The notes under the pieces are model-generated. The model worked only from the letters and a program-made list of their open reading frames with translations. It was not told where the DNA came from and searched no databases. Source: Thermodesulfobacteriota bacterium (GTDB taxonomy: Bacteria; Desulfobacterota_D; UBA1144; Nemesobacterales; Mycalebacteriaceae). Taken from it: a stretch of 64,000 nt of DNA. The stretch is from contig OZ242184.1 of assembly GCA_965205855.1 (NCBI GenBank), forward strand, positions 768,001 to 832,000, written 5' to 3'. A program made the position numbers and the translations under genes. This document shows, piece after piece, positions 28,020 to 37,931 of the stretch (position 1 is the stretch's first letter; the number at the start of each line of letters is the position of its first letter).

Positions 28020-29376
28020 TGTGGTTCTCTCCATAAGCTTTTTTCCTGGGGACCGGAAGTATTTCTTTAATTTCAGCTATCGCTATTGGTGGCAGAGTTT
28101 TCAGGAAAATCAGGAAAAACATGAAAAACCACCCGAAACTGCCGGCCGTCAGACCCACTTCCACCCATGATATTTTGTAAACTCCCCAGACTGCGGGGTC
28201 ATAGTCACGCGAAAGGGATATCACGATTATGTTGAACCTTTCAAACCACATTCCTATGTTTATCAGTATTGAAACTATGAACAGCAACTTCAGGTTGTGG
28301 CGGAGCCGTTTGAACCACAGAAGAACGGGGACGAAAACATTGCAAATAACCATAGTCCAGTAAAACGGAGCGTATTCTCCAAATGCTCTGTATAAAAACT
28401 GTTCCCATTCGGCGGGAACTCCGCTATACCAAGCGAACAGAAACTCTACTCCGTATGCGTATCCGATAATCAGAGAGGTGAAGATTATCAACTTTGCCAT
28501 TCCGTCAAAGTTGTCCATTGTTATGTAGTCTTCAAGATGGAAAATTTTCCTTATAGGTATTGCCAGAGTTATTACCATTGCAAGACCGGAGAAAATTGCT
28601 CCCGCGACAAAATACGGGGCGAAGATAGTAGTGTGCCATCCGGGAAGACTTGCCATGGCAAAGTCCCATGATACGACACTGTGTACGGAAAGAACAAGCG
28701 GTGTCGCGAATGCGGCTAAATAAAGATAAGCCCTTGTGTAATGGAGCCATTCCCAGTTAGAACCCTTCCACCCAAGTGACAGCAGAGAGTAGATAATTTT
28801 TCGCGGCTTATCCTTAACCTTGTCTCTTATTGCCGCGAGGTCTGGAATCATTCCGACAAAGAAGAAGATTGAGCTGACCGTCAGGTATGTGCTGACGGCA
28901 AAAACGTCCCACATAAGGGGAGACTTAAAGTTGACCCAAAGCTCTCTCTGGTTTGGATACGGAAAAAGCCAGTAGAAATTCCAAGGCCTTCCAAGGTGCA
29001 GTATGGGAAACAAACCGGCTGTCAGGACGGCGAAAACTGTCATAGCCTCCGCGAGCCTGTAGATTGACATTCTGAACTTTGCCCTAAAAAGAAACAAAAC
29101 CGCGGAAATCAGCGTTCCAGAATGGGCGATTCCAACCCAGAAAACGAAATCCGTTATGTATATTCCCCAGAAAACGGGATGACGGAAACCCGCCACGCCA
29201 AGCCCCGTATAGGCCTGGTAGATAAAGCACGAAACGCCTATCCCGACAAAGAACAGAGCAGTCCCAAAAAGCATTGCCCATTCTTTTGACGGCTTCTCAA
29301 GAATCCTTACCACATCGGCGGTAACTCTTGAATATGTCAGTTTGTTTGATTTGCTTTCCACTTTGTTAGCGCTCAT
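28009..29376 (-). CDS. actC: Alternative complex III quinol-binding subunit ActC (NrfD family)
   Basis: FVFWVGIAHSGTLISA, AEAMTVFA, HLGRPW, SPL.WD.FAVSTY, SVHSVVSWDFA, GWHTTIF.PYFVAGAIFSG, GMWFERF. Confidence 0.95.
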   Translation of the reverse strand: MSANKVESKSNKLTYSRVTADVVRILEKPSKEWAMLFGTALFFVGIGVSCFIYQAYTGLGVAGFRHPVFWGIYITDFVFWVGIAHSGTLISAVLFLFRAKFRMSIYRLAEAMTVFAVLTAGLFPILHLGRPWNFYWLFPYPNQRELWVNFKSPLMWDVFAVSTYLTVSSIFFFVGMIPDLAAIRDKVKDKPRKIIYSLLSLGWKGSNWEWLHYTRAYLYLAAFATPLVLSVHSVVSWDFAMASLPGWHTTIFAPYFVAGAIFSGLAMVITLAIPIRKIFHLEDYITMDNFDGMAKLIIFTSLIIGYAYGVEFLFAWYSGVPAEWEQFLYRAFGEYAPFYWTMVICNVFVPVLLWFKRLRHNLKLLFIVSILINIGMWFERFNIIVISLSRDYDPAVWGVYKISWVEVGLTAGSFGWFFMFFLIFLKTLPPIAIAEIKEILPVPRKKAYGENHNDK

Positions 29377-29386
29377 CTAATCCGGC

Positions 29387-32323
29387 CTATGATTGCGTCA
29401 CTCTTTTAAGATATGTAACAGCTGGTTTGGTGTTTACTTCTTCGAACAGCTTATATCCTCTCTCGTCATTGGAAGACACCGAAACCTTGCTGTTCGGGTC
29501 CAGAAGGTTGCCGAACTCTATTGCGTCCGCCGCACAGGTTTGCTGGCATGCAGTTACCATTTCTCCGTCCGCAATGTCTCTTCCGTCATCTTTTGCAACC
29601 TGGTGAGAATCTCTTATTCTCTGAACACAAAAACTGCATTTCTCCATAACTCCCTTGGTTCTTACCGTAACATCGGGATTGAATTGCCAGTTGAGAGGCT
29701 CCGGCACTTTGTAGGAATACCAGTTGAACTTTCTTACCTTATAAGTGCAGTTATTGGCGCAGTATCTCGTGCCGACGCAACGGTTGTAAACCATTCCATT
29801 AAGCCCTTCGTGGTTGTGATAGGTTGCGTACACGGGGCATACGGGTTCGCATGGAGCGTTTCCGCAATGCTGGCACGGAACCGGAACAAAATGCGCCGTA
29901 ATCTCTCCGTCGTCGTTTTTTTCAAAAAATCTGTCAATTCTAAGCCATGCCATATCTCTGCGCCGCGCGGCCTGCTCCTTGCCGACAACCGGTATGTTGT
30001 TCTCTGCATAACAGGCCGTTACACATGCTCCGCAACCCGTGCATTTGGAAAGGTCAACCGACATACCCCATCTGTATTTTTCATACTCAAGGTCAGGGTA
30101 AAAGTCGGGGTGGTGCTCCTTTTTCGCAGAGCCTTTATTTTTCAGTCCGAGGCTGTTAACGTCAACCGTCCGTGCCACTTCCCTTCCCTCCTGGGACTGG
30201 GTGTACTGCCTTCTTACAAGCGAGCCCTCTTTGCCGGTCGGGGTTATTGTAACTTTCGTGGAAAACCACGCGTAACCGCCCGACAGACTGTCGCTTACCG
30301 GAGACATTATCTCCATTGGGTTCACCCCCATGTCTTTTGCGTATCTGCCGTAGCTTTTATGTCCAAGGCCTATTGGAACGGCAATCGTGTCGGGCATAAT
30401 TCCTTCGCGGACAAAAGCCTGAGTCTCAAAAGAACCAAAAGACGATTCAACTTTTATGTGAGAACCATCCTTAATGCCCATTGATTTTGCCGTGTGAGGG
30501 TTAACCTCCACCCATGAATCCCACATAATTGAAGTGAGAGAATCGGGCAGCTCCTGTAGCCATGGCTTATTGGCTCCTCTGCCATCGTAGTATTTCGCCG
30601 ATGGAAAAGATACAAGATACATATTTCCGCCACCTTGAAAATAGGCGCCCCGGCCGGAAAATGAAAACAGCTTCATTTTTTCGGAAACTGAAACATTTTT
30701 GGGATGCAACGGAATTGAAACACCGCCTTTTTTCAGAGCATCGCTCCAGAACCGGTTGAACGGTTTGTCCGGAAAAAGCTCGTTGCCCATGCGTTTCCAG
30801 TAATCTTTCACAAATGAGTGGTAGTCTGAAACCGCGAACAGGTTTTTTGTCGCACCTATGCGACTGCTAACTGAAATAATCACATCTCCCGACTGTTTGG
30901 TGTTGAAAACTCTTGACACTGCGGGTTGCACTATTGAATGAAAACCTTTCCTTGTCCTGAAATCTCCCCAACTTTCAAGCGTGTGGCTGTCGGGCATAAT
31001 CAGTGAGCATTGCTCTGCGGTTTCATCGATAAAAGATGAAAAACTGACTTTGAACGGGACCTTTTTCATCGCTTCCTTGAAACCTGCAGAATCTGGAATA
31101 ACAAAAGCGGGATTAGTTCCCCTTACAATCAGAATCTCCACTTTTCCGTCTTCCATGTCCCGTATAAGAGAAAGCATCTCTTTGTATGAGTTGGATTCCG
31201 AAATCGCGAGAGTATCAGCAAAATCTGTTGTTTCATTCAGGTTGCCTCCAAGATAGTTCAACAGATTGATTACCACAAGCAGCTCGGTTGCATTTGAGGC
31301 CGTGGTTGCGGTGCCTCCGCCTATTGCCAAGCTCTTTTTTGAAAGAAATTCTTCCGCTATTTCGTATATGGTCTCCACGGGGACGGATGTTTTTTTAGAG
31401 ACAGTTTCGGGAGTATAGTCCCTGACGAGGGGGCGCAGATAATCTTCGGTGTTTTTCACTTTCCGCATCAAAGCGTTAGCTATTCCAAGAGCAAGGTAAA
31501 TCTCAGTTCCCGGATTGATTTGAACCATACGGTCGGCATTTGCCGCTGTCATCGACATTCGCGGTTCAACTTGAACTACTTTTCCTATCTTTCCTTTTTT
31601 CAGAGAACGCATCTCGCCGAATGCTTTCCCGTTAGACACGGGAGAAAGCCATGTTTCAAGAAAGTCTGCGCCGAAAGAGAGCAGGTATTCGGCGTTTTCT
31701 ATTTTGTATGAGGGTATTGATTTTACGCCGAAAAATATCTCATTCGCTTTCTTGAGGGGTTCATTTGAAAAAGTCTCATAAGAGTAGCGTTTTGCTCCGA
31801 TGGCATCGCTCCAGATTTTAACAAGATTGTCGTATGAGCCCGTTGAGACTCCGTCCAAATACACAATTTTCCCGCCCTCGCCTCTGACGATAATGTCCTG
31901 AATTTTTGCGGCGAGACTCTTTTCCGACTCTTCCCATGTTGTAACCCGGAATTTTCCCGATTCATCTTTTACGAGAGGAGATTTAATCCTGTCCGGATTG
32001 TAAAGCCCTTGAAGCGAAGATTGACCCAGAGCGCACAGAGCGCCCCGGTTTATCGGGCTGTCGGGATTGCCTTCCATTTTGATGGCTCGCCCTTCTCTTG
32101 TTTTTACGACAACACCGCAACCGGCCGGACACTCGCGGCAGGTGCTTGAGTAGTAGTCCGGCACTCCCGGAACGGAGTTCTCCGGTGGAATTACGTATGG
32201 GATAATTTGCTCAAGCGGTTCAGAGGAGCAGGCGCCCGATACGGCGGTCACGCCACCGGTTACTCCCATGACTTTAAGAAAATCGCGTCTGCTTATGCCT
32301 TCTTTGCTGTGTTTGTCTTTCAA
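29387..32323 (-). CDS. actB: Alternative complex III subunit ActB (molybdopterin-oxidoreductase fold fused to Fe-S domain; Tat-exported)
   Basis: SRRDFLK Tat motif, lipobox-like SGAC, LESWGD, ANKPWLQELPD, CTGCGACVTAC, CQHC..APCEPVCP, CVGTRYCANNC, GVMEKC.FC. Confidence 0.94.
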   Translation of the reverse strand: MKDKHSKEGISRRDFLKVMGVTGGVTAVSGACSSEPLEQIIPYVIPPENSVPGVPDYYSSTCRECPAGCGVVVKTREGRAIKMEGNPDSPINRGALCALGQSSLQGLYNPDRIKSPLVKDESGKFRVTTWEESEKSLAAKIQDIIVRGEGGKIVYLDGVSTGSYDNLVKIWSDAIGAKRYSYETFSNEPLKKANEIFFGVKSIPSYKIENAEYLLSFGADFLETWLSPVSNGKAFGEMRSLKKGKIGKVVQVEPRMSMTAANADRMVQINPGTEIYLALGIANALMRKVKNTEDYLRPLVRDYTPETVSKKTSVPVETIYEIAEEFLSKKSLAIGGGTATTASNATELLVVINLLNYLGGNLNETTDFADTLAISESNSYKEMLSLIRDMEDGKVEILIVRGTNPAFVIPDSAGFKEAMKKVPFKVSFSSFIDETAEQCSLIMPDSHTLESWGDFRTRKGFHSIVQPAVSRVFNTKQSGDVIISVSSRIGATKNLFAVSDYHSFVKDYWKRMGNELFPDKPFNRFWSDALKKGGVSIPLHPKNVSVSEKMKLFSFSGRGAYFQGGGNMYLVSFPSAKYYDGRGANKPWLQELPDSLTSIMWDSWVEVNPHTAKSMGIKDGSHIKVESSFGSFETQAFVREGIMPDTIAVPIGLGHKSYGRYAKDMGVNPMEIMSPVSDSLSGGYAWFSTKVTITPTGKEGSLVRRQYTQSQEGREVARTVDVNSLGLKNKGSAKKEHHPDFYPDLEYEKYRWGMSVDLSKCTGCGACVTACYAENNIPVVGKEQAARRRDMAWLRIDRFFEKNDDGEITAHFVPVPCQHCGNAPCEPVCPVYATYHNHEGLNGMVYNRCVGTRYCANNCTYKVRKFNWYSYKVPEPLNWQFNPDVTVRTKGVMEKCSFCVQRIRDSHQVAKDDGRDIADGEMVTACQQTCAADAIEFGNLLDPNSKVSVSSNDERGYKLFEEVNTKPAVTYLKRVTQS

Positions 32324-32348
32324 CTCAGTCCTCCAATCTAATTTGCCC

Positions 32349-32921
32349 TCAATAGTGGCAAGTCAGGCAGTCTTTCAATTCCTTTTTATGATATTCATTT
32401 GAGGCGTTTTCCTCATGACACGCTATGCAGAAACCCATGTTCAGTTTCTCCGCTTTTCCGACCACATCCATTTTTTCAACTTCGCCGTGGCAGGTTTTAC
32501 ACTCAATGCCCTTTTTGATATGGCGTTTGTGGCTGAACTGGACAAATTCCGCCATTGAAGAGACTTTTATCCATGGTATCGGTTCTTTCCTATCCCAGTA
32601 GTCGCGCACCTTGGCTATTTCTTTGCGCAAGTTGATAACCTTGCCTTCATCGGTTTTGTACTCCATATCCCTGCCTTGAATATGCGTATGGCACCCCATG
32701 CACTTTTGAACGGAAGGAATTCCGGGATGGGTTGAAACATCAACATAGCTATGACAGGTCCGGCACTCTATTTTATTGTCTCCCGCATGTATTTTATGGC
32801 TGAAAAGTATCGGCTGCTCGGGGCCCTTTTCATGCGCCGGTATTTCCTGCAAAAATAACAAAAAAAAGAACCCGAAAATTACAAGGGAAAACACAACCGT
32901 CTTTGCCAGATTTAGTTTCAT
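32349..32921 (-). CDS. actA: Alternative complex III pentaheme cytochrome c ActA
   Basis: N-terminal TM; QPI.FSH..H; five CxxCH motifs (CRTCH, CMGCH, CKTCH, CIACH, CLTCH) ending CHY. Confidence 0.93.
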   Translation of the reverse strand: MKLNLAKTVVFSLVIFGFFFLLFLQEIPAHEKGPEQPILFSHKIHAGDNKIECRTCHSYVDVSTHPGIPSVQKCMGCHTHIQGRDMEYKTDEGKVINLRKEIAKVRDYWDRKEPIPWIKVSSMAEFVQFSHKRHIKKGIECKTCHGEVEKMDVVGKAEKLNMGFCIACHEENASNEYHKKELKDCLTCHY

Positions 32922-32986
32922 CTACGGGTATATGTCTGGTGTTATAGCTTCACGCTCCATACATAATATGCAGGATGCGCGAGCGT

Positions 32987-33014
32987 AAAATAACATAACT
33001 GAACGGAGTGTCAA
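32987..33014 (-). promoter_or_regulatory. Putative sigma70 promoter for the act operon
   Basis: TTGACA (overlapping the bioD stop)-N16-TATTTT with extended TGn. Confidence 0.45.
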
Positions 33015-33760
33015 ATATCTGCTTCTTCATCAAGCAGACCGCATAAATCGGATGTGAAAAACTCGCGGCAGGGTTTCTCCTCCAGAGCCGCCACGACTCC
33101 TCCTTCAACATCCAAAACCGCAAAAAAAGGAATGACTCCGACAATCTTTTCCGCCGCTTTATTTTCTCTTAAAAATAGAAGATTTGTTTTCTCGCACAGC
33201 TTTGCTTCGGTCGGATATCCGCATATCACCACTCCCGTGATTTGAAGGTTTCTCGCTCTTGCCACTTCAACGGTCAGGAGCGTATGGTTGATGGTTCCAA
33301 GCCCCGGTTTTGCGGCAATAATGGTTTGAAAACCCAAATCCATGGCGAAATCTGCCATATAGTAGTTTTTTTTTATCGGAACAAGCAACCCGCCTGCTCC
33401 TTCAACAATTACCGCGTCATGTTTCTCTGCTTCCGTTTCAATGATCTTCGCAATCAACGGCATATCAAATTCCACATTCTCAATCTGCGCCGCAACCATA
33501 GGGGCGAGAGCTTCCTTCAGCCTGTAGGGGCTTGACACATCAGGATTGAAACGCTTTTTCATTGAGAGGTGGACAAAATCCGCGTCAGCAACCACATCTT
33601 CGGAGCAACCGGTTTGAAACGGTTTTATCATTGATACTGTTTTTCCACTCTCCATAAGACAACGGGCGAGAGCGGCGCAAACAACGGTTTTACCCGCTCC
33701 GGTATCGGTTCCGGTAACAAAGAAACGCAGTTTTGCTTTTTCTGGTCTTTTTCCCCGCAA
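33011..33760 (-). CDS. bioD: Dethiobiotin synthase
   Basis: FVTGTDTGAGKT, KPFQTG, VEGAGGLLVP, LGTINHTLLT. Confidence 0.96.
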   Translation of the reverse strand: MRGKRPEKAKLRFFVTGTDTGAGKTVVCAALARCLMESGKTVSMIKPFQTGCSEDVVADADFVHLSMKKRFNPDVSSPYRLKEALAPMVAAQIENVEFDMPLIAKIIETEAEKHDAVIVEGAGGLLVPIKKNYYMADFAMDLGFQTIIAAKPGLGTINHTLLTVEVARARNLQITGVVICGYPTEAKLCEKTNLLFLRENKAAEKIVGVIPFFAVLDVEGGVVAALEEKPCREFFTSDLCGLLDEEADI

Positions 33761-33764
33761 AGAG

Positions 33765-34223
33765 CTAAAAAGAAATCTCCTCTATTTTCTTCAAGATTTC
33801 GTCACCGTGAGAATGAGTGTCAACTTTCTTCCAGATATGCCTGATTTTCCCTTTGTTATCGACAAGAAAAGTAACCCGCCGTGCCGTATTTGAGGGGCTT
33901 ACAACACCGTATAAATTGATGATTGTCCTTTCCCTATCGCTGACAAGTGTATAGTTCAATTCGTTTTTGTCTCTGAAGCCTTCGTGAGATTTTATGCTGT
34001 CGGTGCTGACTCCCAGCAGTGTGAATCCCTTGTTTGTTATATCTTTTTCCTTGTCTCTGAGGGAGCACGCCTCACGTGTGCAACCGGGAGTGTTATCTCT
34101 TGGATAGAAACATATTACCGCGCCACCGTCTTTGATGATATTTGAAAGACTGACTTTTTCATTGCCGTAAGTCTCGGCTTTGAAAACCGGCGCTTTGTCT
34201 CCAATTTTGAGGTTTGCAGGCAT
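33765..34223 (-). CDS. bcp: Peroxiredoxin Q / BCP
   Basis: GDKAP.F, FYPRDNTPGCTREAC, GVSTD, RVTFLVD..G.I; start MPANLKIG. Confidence 0.92.
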   Translation of the reverse strand: MPANLKIGDKAPVFKAETYGNEKVSLSNIIKDGGAVICFYPRDNTPGCTREACSLRDKEKDITNKGFTLLGVSTDSIKSHEGFRDKNELNYTLVSDRERTIINLYGVVSPSNTARRVTFLVDNKGKIRHIWKKVDTHSHGDEILKKIEEISF

Positions 34224-34230
34224 TATTTTC

Positions 34231-34560
34231 CTATATATTGAAGCTTTCCCTTGCGGCTTCACTCATCATTTCCGGTGTCCACGGGGGGTCCCAGACAACC
34301 TCAATATCGGTTTCTTCCACGCCTTCTATTTCATTTGTGAGCATCTTTACTTCGGCGACTATCTGCCCCGCCGCAGGACATCCCGGAGAAGTCATTGTCA
34401 TACGGATTTTGACTTTTTTCCCGTCAATATCAACTTTGTAAACAAGCCCGAGGTTCACTATATCAACGGGAATTTCAGGATCGTAAATGCCTCCGAGAAT
34501 CTCAAAAACCTTTGCTTCGGTAACTTTTACTCCGGGATTGCTGTTCTGGTTGTTATCCAT
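34231..34560 (-). CDS. DUF59 / SufT-PaaD family Fe-S cluster assembly factor
   Basis: DPEIPVDIVNLGLVY, MTMTSPGCP, VWDPPW...MMS..A. Confidence 0.93.
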   Translation of the reverse strand: MDNNQNSNPGVKVTEAKVFEILGGIYDPEIPVDIVNLGLVYKVDIDGKKVKIRMTMTSPGCPAAGQIVAEVKMLTNEIEGVEETDIEVVWDPPWTPEMMSEAARESFNI

Positions 34561-34578
34561 TCTACTGCTTTGGGTTTT

Positions 34579-35088
34579 TTATAATAATGATTTTACGGCT
34601 TTGAAAGCCGCTTCGTAGTCCGGCTCATCTGCAACTTCTTTTACATATTCCACATGCCGGACAATATCCTTTTCATCAATAACGAATACAGCTCTCGCGA
34701 GCAGGCGGTTTTCGTTTATTAAAACTCCGTAGGATTCTCCGAAAGACGCTTTTTCATGGTCGCTAAGGCAGGAAATTGCATCAATGCAAGCGTCTTTTAA
34801 ATAGCGCGACTGGGTAAACGGAAGATCCATACTAACCGTAAGAACTTCAACGCTGTCCGGCAGAGATTGAACTTCTTTGGCGAAACGTTTTGTTTGAGCG
34901 TCACATACGGGGGTGTCAACCGAAACAACCACATTGAATATTTTTATATTTCCTTTTAAGTCCGAAAGGGAAACTTTGTTTCCGGGACCCAGCAAAGAGA
35001 CAAAATCAGGTGCCTTGTCTCCCTCTTTAACTTCCATCCCGGCAAGTGTGAGAGGGTTTCCCTTCATTGTTACTATTCTTTTATGCAT
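34579..35088 (-). CDS. tpx: Thiol peroxidase (atypical 2-Cys peroxiredoxin)
   Basis: TMKGNP, SVDTPVCD.QT.RF, SMDLPF.Q.R, LLARAVFV, EPDY. Confidence 0.93.
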   Translation of the reverse strand: MHKRIVTMKGNPLTLAGMEVKEGDKAPDFVSLLGPGNKVSLSDLKGNIKIFNVVVSVDTPVCDAQTKRFAKEVQSLPDSVEVLTVSMDLPFTQSRYLKDACIDAISCLSDHEKASFGESYGVLINENRLLARAVFVIDEKDIVRHVEYVKEVADEPDYEAAFKAVKSLL

Positions 35089-35336
35089 TCTTTCTCCTTT
35101 AGTGGAAATTCTCCAAAACTTTATAGAATTTATCCCTGTTATTCAATTTTCTTCATCATTATATAAAGGCATTTGCGGTTTTCTGTTCCTCAAGTCTTGT
35201 TTTGTTGGTCAAGTTTTCCGTTTTCACAATTGTGGAATTTTTCCGAAATGCTGTTCGTCCTGCTGTTTCTTTCTTCGTTTGTAAAGGTGTTTTGTGACAA
35301 AAAACCCGCAACGGAGGGATGAGTTGTCTTTCCGTC

Positions 35337-35648
35337 TTAAGAGTCGTCATTGCCATGTTTTCTGTTGAGTGCATCCGTTCCTACCTTGGCGTCAATCATT
35401 GCAAACACAGTCAGCAGAAAACTGGCAATCATATAAGCGAAAAAGGTGCCTTTTTCCTCTTCGGCAATAATTCTTTCCATCCACTTGTAAACCAAGTCCT
35501 TGTTCAGATAGGCAATGAGGAAATTCAAGCTCAGAAGCAAGAGTCCTTTTTGAAAGAATCCGCTGTAAAAATGTCCCAATCCCGGAAGCAATGCGGAAAG
35601 TGTAACGGCTAACCACGGTCTTTTTCTCCGGAAATTCATTTTGCCCAT
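35337..35648 (-). CDS. Small membrane protein of unknown function
   Basis: PWLA..LS.LLPGLGHFY.G...KG motif followed by TM helices; overlaps the trpC stop. Confidence 0.7.
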   Translation of the reverse strand: MGKMNFRRKRPWLAVTLSALLPGLGHFYSGFFQKGLLLLSLNFLIAYLNKDLVYKWMERIIAEEEKGTFFAYMIASFLLTVFAMIDAKVGTDALNRKHGNDDS

Positions 35649-36433
35649 CCTTGAATTATAGCGGAAAGCGCCTTTCCCGGATTTGAAGACATCATCAAGC
35701 CTTCTCCGACAAGAAAGGCATTTATGCCATATTCTGATAAAACAACCATTTCACTTGAGGATGTTATACCGCTTTCTGAAACTATTACTTTATCTTTGTT
35801 AATTAGGGGAGCAAGCCTTTTTGATACGGACAGGTCCACTTCAAAACTTTCCAAGTCCCTGTTGTTTATTCCTATAACCAAGCTTTGGGCGTCAAGAGCC
35901 ATTTCCACTTCGGATTCCTTGTGAACCTCAACAAGAGGCTCCATTCCAAGAGAGCGCGAGACACTTAGCAATTCCGACAACCGGCTTGTGCTTTCCATTG
36001 CCGCTACTATCAGAAGAACTGCGTCCGCTCCGTGTGCCCTTGATTCGTATATCTGGTGTGGGTCAACCAAGAAATCTTTTCTAAGAACCGGAACGGAGAC
36101 TTCCCGCTTTGCCTTTTGCATATTGGAAAGGCTTCCCTGAAAAAAATTTTCATCTGTCAGCACAGAAAGCGCCGCCGCGCCATTTTGCTGATACTGCTTC
36201 GCGGTCAAAACAGGGTCGAAATTTTCGGCGATAACACCTTTGGAAGGCGATGCCTTTTTTATCTCCGCTATTATTCTGGGCTGCACGCCGCGCAGAAGAG
36301 ATGAAGAAAAATCGCGCGGCGGGGAAGCTTCCGCCGCCAGGGTTTCCAATTCACTTCGGGAAAACCGTTTTTTCAGTTCGGCAATTTCCAGTTTTTTGTA
36401 ATCAAGAACCTTTGAGAGTATGGAGCTTGACAC
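35636..36433 (-). CDS. trpC: Indole-3-glycerol phosphate synthase
   Basis: IAEIKKASPSKG, SVLTD..FF.G, LRKDF, GADAVLLI, LVEVH, GINNRDL, VSESGI, LVGE. Confidence 0.97.
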   Translation of the reverse strand: MSSSILSKVLDYKKLEIAELKKRFSRSELETLAAEASPPRDFSSSLLRGVQPRIIAEIKKASPSKGVIAENFDPVLTAKQYQQNGAAALSVLTDENFFQGSLSNMQKAKREVSVPVLRKDFLVDPHQIYESRAHGADAVLLIVAAMESTSRLSELLSVSRSLGMEPLVEVHKESEVEMALDAQSLVIGINNRDLESFEVDLSVSKRLAPLINKDKVIVSESGITSSSEMVVLSEYGINAFLVGEGLMMSSNPGKALSAIIQGWAK

Positions 36434-36437
36434 AAAA

Positions 36438-37472
36438 CTAAACCTTCCCCAAATTTGTTGAGAGCCTCGTCAGATCTTTCAATTTGGAAACAGCCGCACC
36501 GCTTTCAAGGGATTGTTTTGCCAGTTTGAAAGCCGAATACATATCGTCTGTCCGTCCGGAAACGTATATTGCGGCTGCGGCATTTAAAAGGGCCGCATCC
36601 GTTTTCGCGCCTTTTGAAGTGTTGTCAAGTACCGCCGTCATAATGGCGGCGTTTTCGGCCGCATTTAAGCCGCCTTTGAGCTCACCGGGTTTTGCGCTCT
36701 TAATCCCGAATTCTTTCGGGTCAATCAAATACCGCCTGACCGAACCGTCCGCCGCCAGTTCCGAAACTTCAGTCTTATCGGAAACCGTTATTTCGTCCAT
36801 TCCATCTTTTCCGCATACAACCATACACCTGTGCAGACCGAGAATCTTTGCGGTGTTTGCCATTGTCGTCATTATTCCGGTTGAAGGGACGCCTACAACC
36901 TGTTTTTTCACCATACCCGGGTTGACCAGGGGCCCGAGAATGTTAAATGAAGTTCTGATTCCCATTTCTCTTCTGATTTGAGAAACATTTTTCATTGAAG
37001 GATGGAAAACGGGGGCAAAAAGAAAGGTTATACCGGAACTTTCAAGGCAACGCTCGGCGGTTTTTAAATCCATGTCGATTTTCACTCCGGCGGCCTCAAG
37101 CACATCAGCGCTGCCGACAAGACTTGAAACAGAGCGGTTGCCGTGTTTTGCAACACAAACCCCAGCTCCCGCGGCTATGAAAGATGCGGTGGTGGAGATG
37201 TTGAATGTCCCTTTTGAATCGCCTCCCGTGCCGCAAAGGTCAACGGTATCTTCTTGACACCCTATCGTATGCGCACGCGCAATCATCGCTTTGACAGCTC
37301 CCGTCAGCTCTTCGGGAGTTTCCCCTTTTATCCTCAAAGCGGTAAGGAAAGAGGCAGTCTGCGCTGGAGTTAATCCCCCTTCCAATACGCTGTGAAAGAC
37401 GCTTTCAACGGTTTCCTTTTTAAGGTTTTTACCTTGGACAAGGCTTTCAATTAAAAACGCGATTTCAGGCAT
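36438..37472 (-). CDS. trpD: Anthranilate phosphoribosyltransferase
   Basis: CGTGGD...TFNIST, KHGNRSVSS..GSADVLE, FAP.FHP, FNILGPL.NP, DGMDEI; start MPEIAF. Confidence 0.96.
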   Translation of the reverse strand: MPEIAFLIESLVQGKNLKKETVESVFHSVLEGGLTPAQTASFLTALRIKGETPEELTGAVKAMIARAHTIGCQEDTVDLCGTGGDSKGTFNISTTASFIAAGAGVCVAKHGNRSVSSLVGSADVLEAAGVKIDMDLKTAERCLESSGITFLFAPVFHPSMKNVSQIRREMGIRTSFNILGPLVNPGMVKKQVVGVPSTGIMTTMANTAKILGLHRCMVVCGKDGMDEITVSDKTEVSELAADGSVRRYLIDPKEFGIKSAKPGELKGGLNAAENAAIMTAVLDNTSKGAKTDAALLNAAAAIYVSGRTDDMYSAFKLAKQSLESGAAVSKLKDLTRLSTNLGKV

Positions 37473-37908
37473 TGGGGATTGTTTTCTCCACCGGGATTCT
37501 GTCAAGAACGCCATTTACAAACGCTCTCGACTTTTCCGTCCCGTATTTTGAGGCAATCTCCACTGCCTCGTTGATGCTGACCGCTTTGTCTATGTCGTTT
37601 ATATAGAGAAGTTCATAGACCGCCACTCTCATTATGTTGATATCCACGGGAGACATACGTGAAATTTTCCAGTGTTCGGAGAAGGTTTCTATTTTGGAAT
37701 CTATCTCTTCAATGTTTTTACAAACACCCTCGCTGAGGTTCCGGGCAAACTCTCTGTCCGGCAACACTTTTTCGCCGGTTGTTTTTGTGAAGTTCTCAAA
37801 ATCTTTTTCTGTAAACTCTCCCGTGAAACCGGAAGTGAAAAGTCCGTTTGCATGGCATTGGTAGAGAAATTGAAAAGCAAATTCTCTGGAAAGCCGTCTT
37901 TTTTTCAT
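37465..37908 (-). CDS. nusB: Transcription antitermination factor NusB
   Basis: RR..RE.A.Q.LY, W...R...VD..I.R, INEAVEIA.KYG, FVNGVLD. Confidence 0.96.
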   Translation of the reverse strand: MKKRRLSREFAFQFLYQCHANGLFTSGFTGEFTEKDFENFTKTTGEKVLPDREFARNLSEGVCKNIEEIDSKIETFSEHWKISRMSPVDINIMRVAVYELLYINDIDKAVSINEAVEIASKYGTEKSRAFVNGVLDRIPVEKTIPNA

Positions 37909-37931
37909 GATTTTTTGTTCCGGAAAGAAAA

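Noticed and set aside
29393-30484. 363-aa plus-strand ORF
   Set aside because: It is entirely antisense to the conserved Fe-S domain of actB and has no recognisable motifs; a shadow ORF.
35159-35374. 71-aa minus-strand ORF upstream of tpx
   Set aside because: No SD, no recognisable motif, and composition typical of translated intergenic DNA; treated as non-coding.
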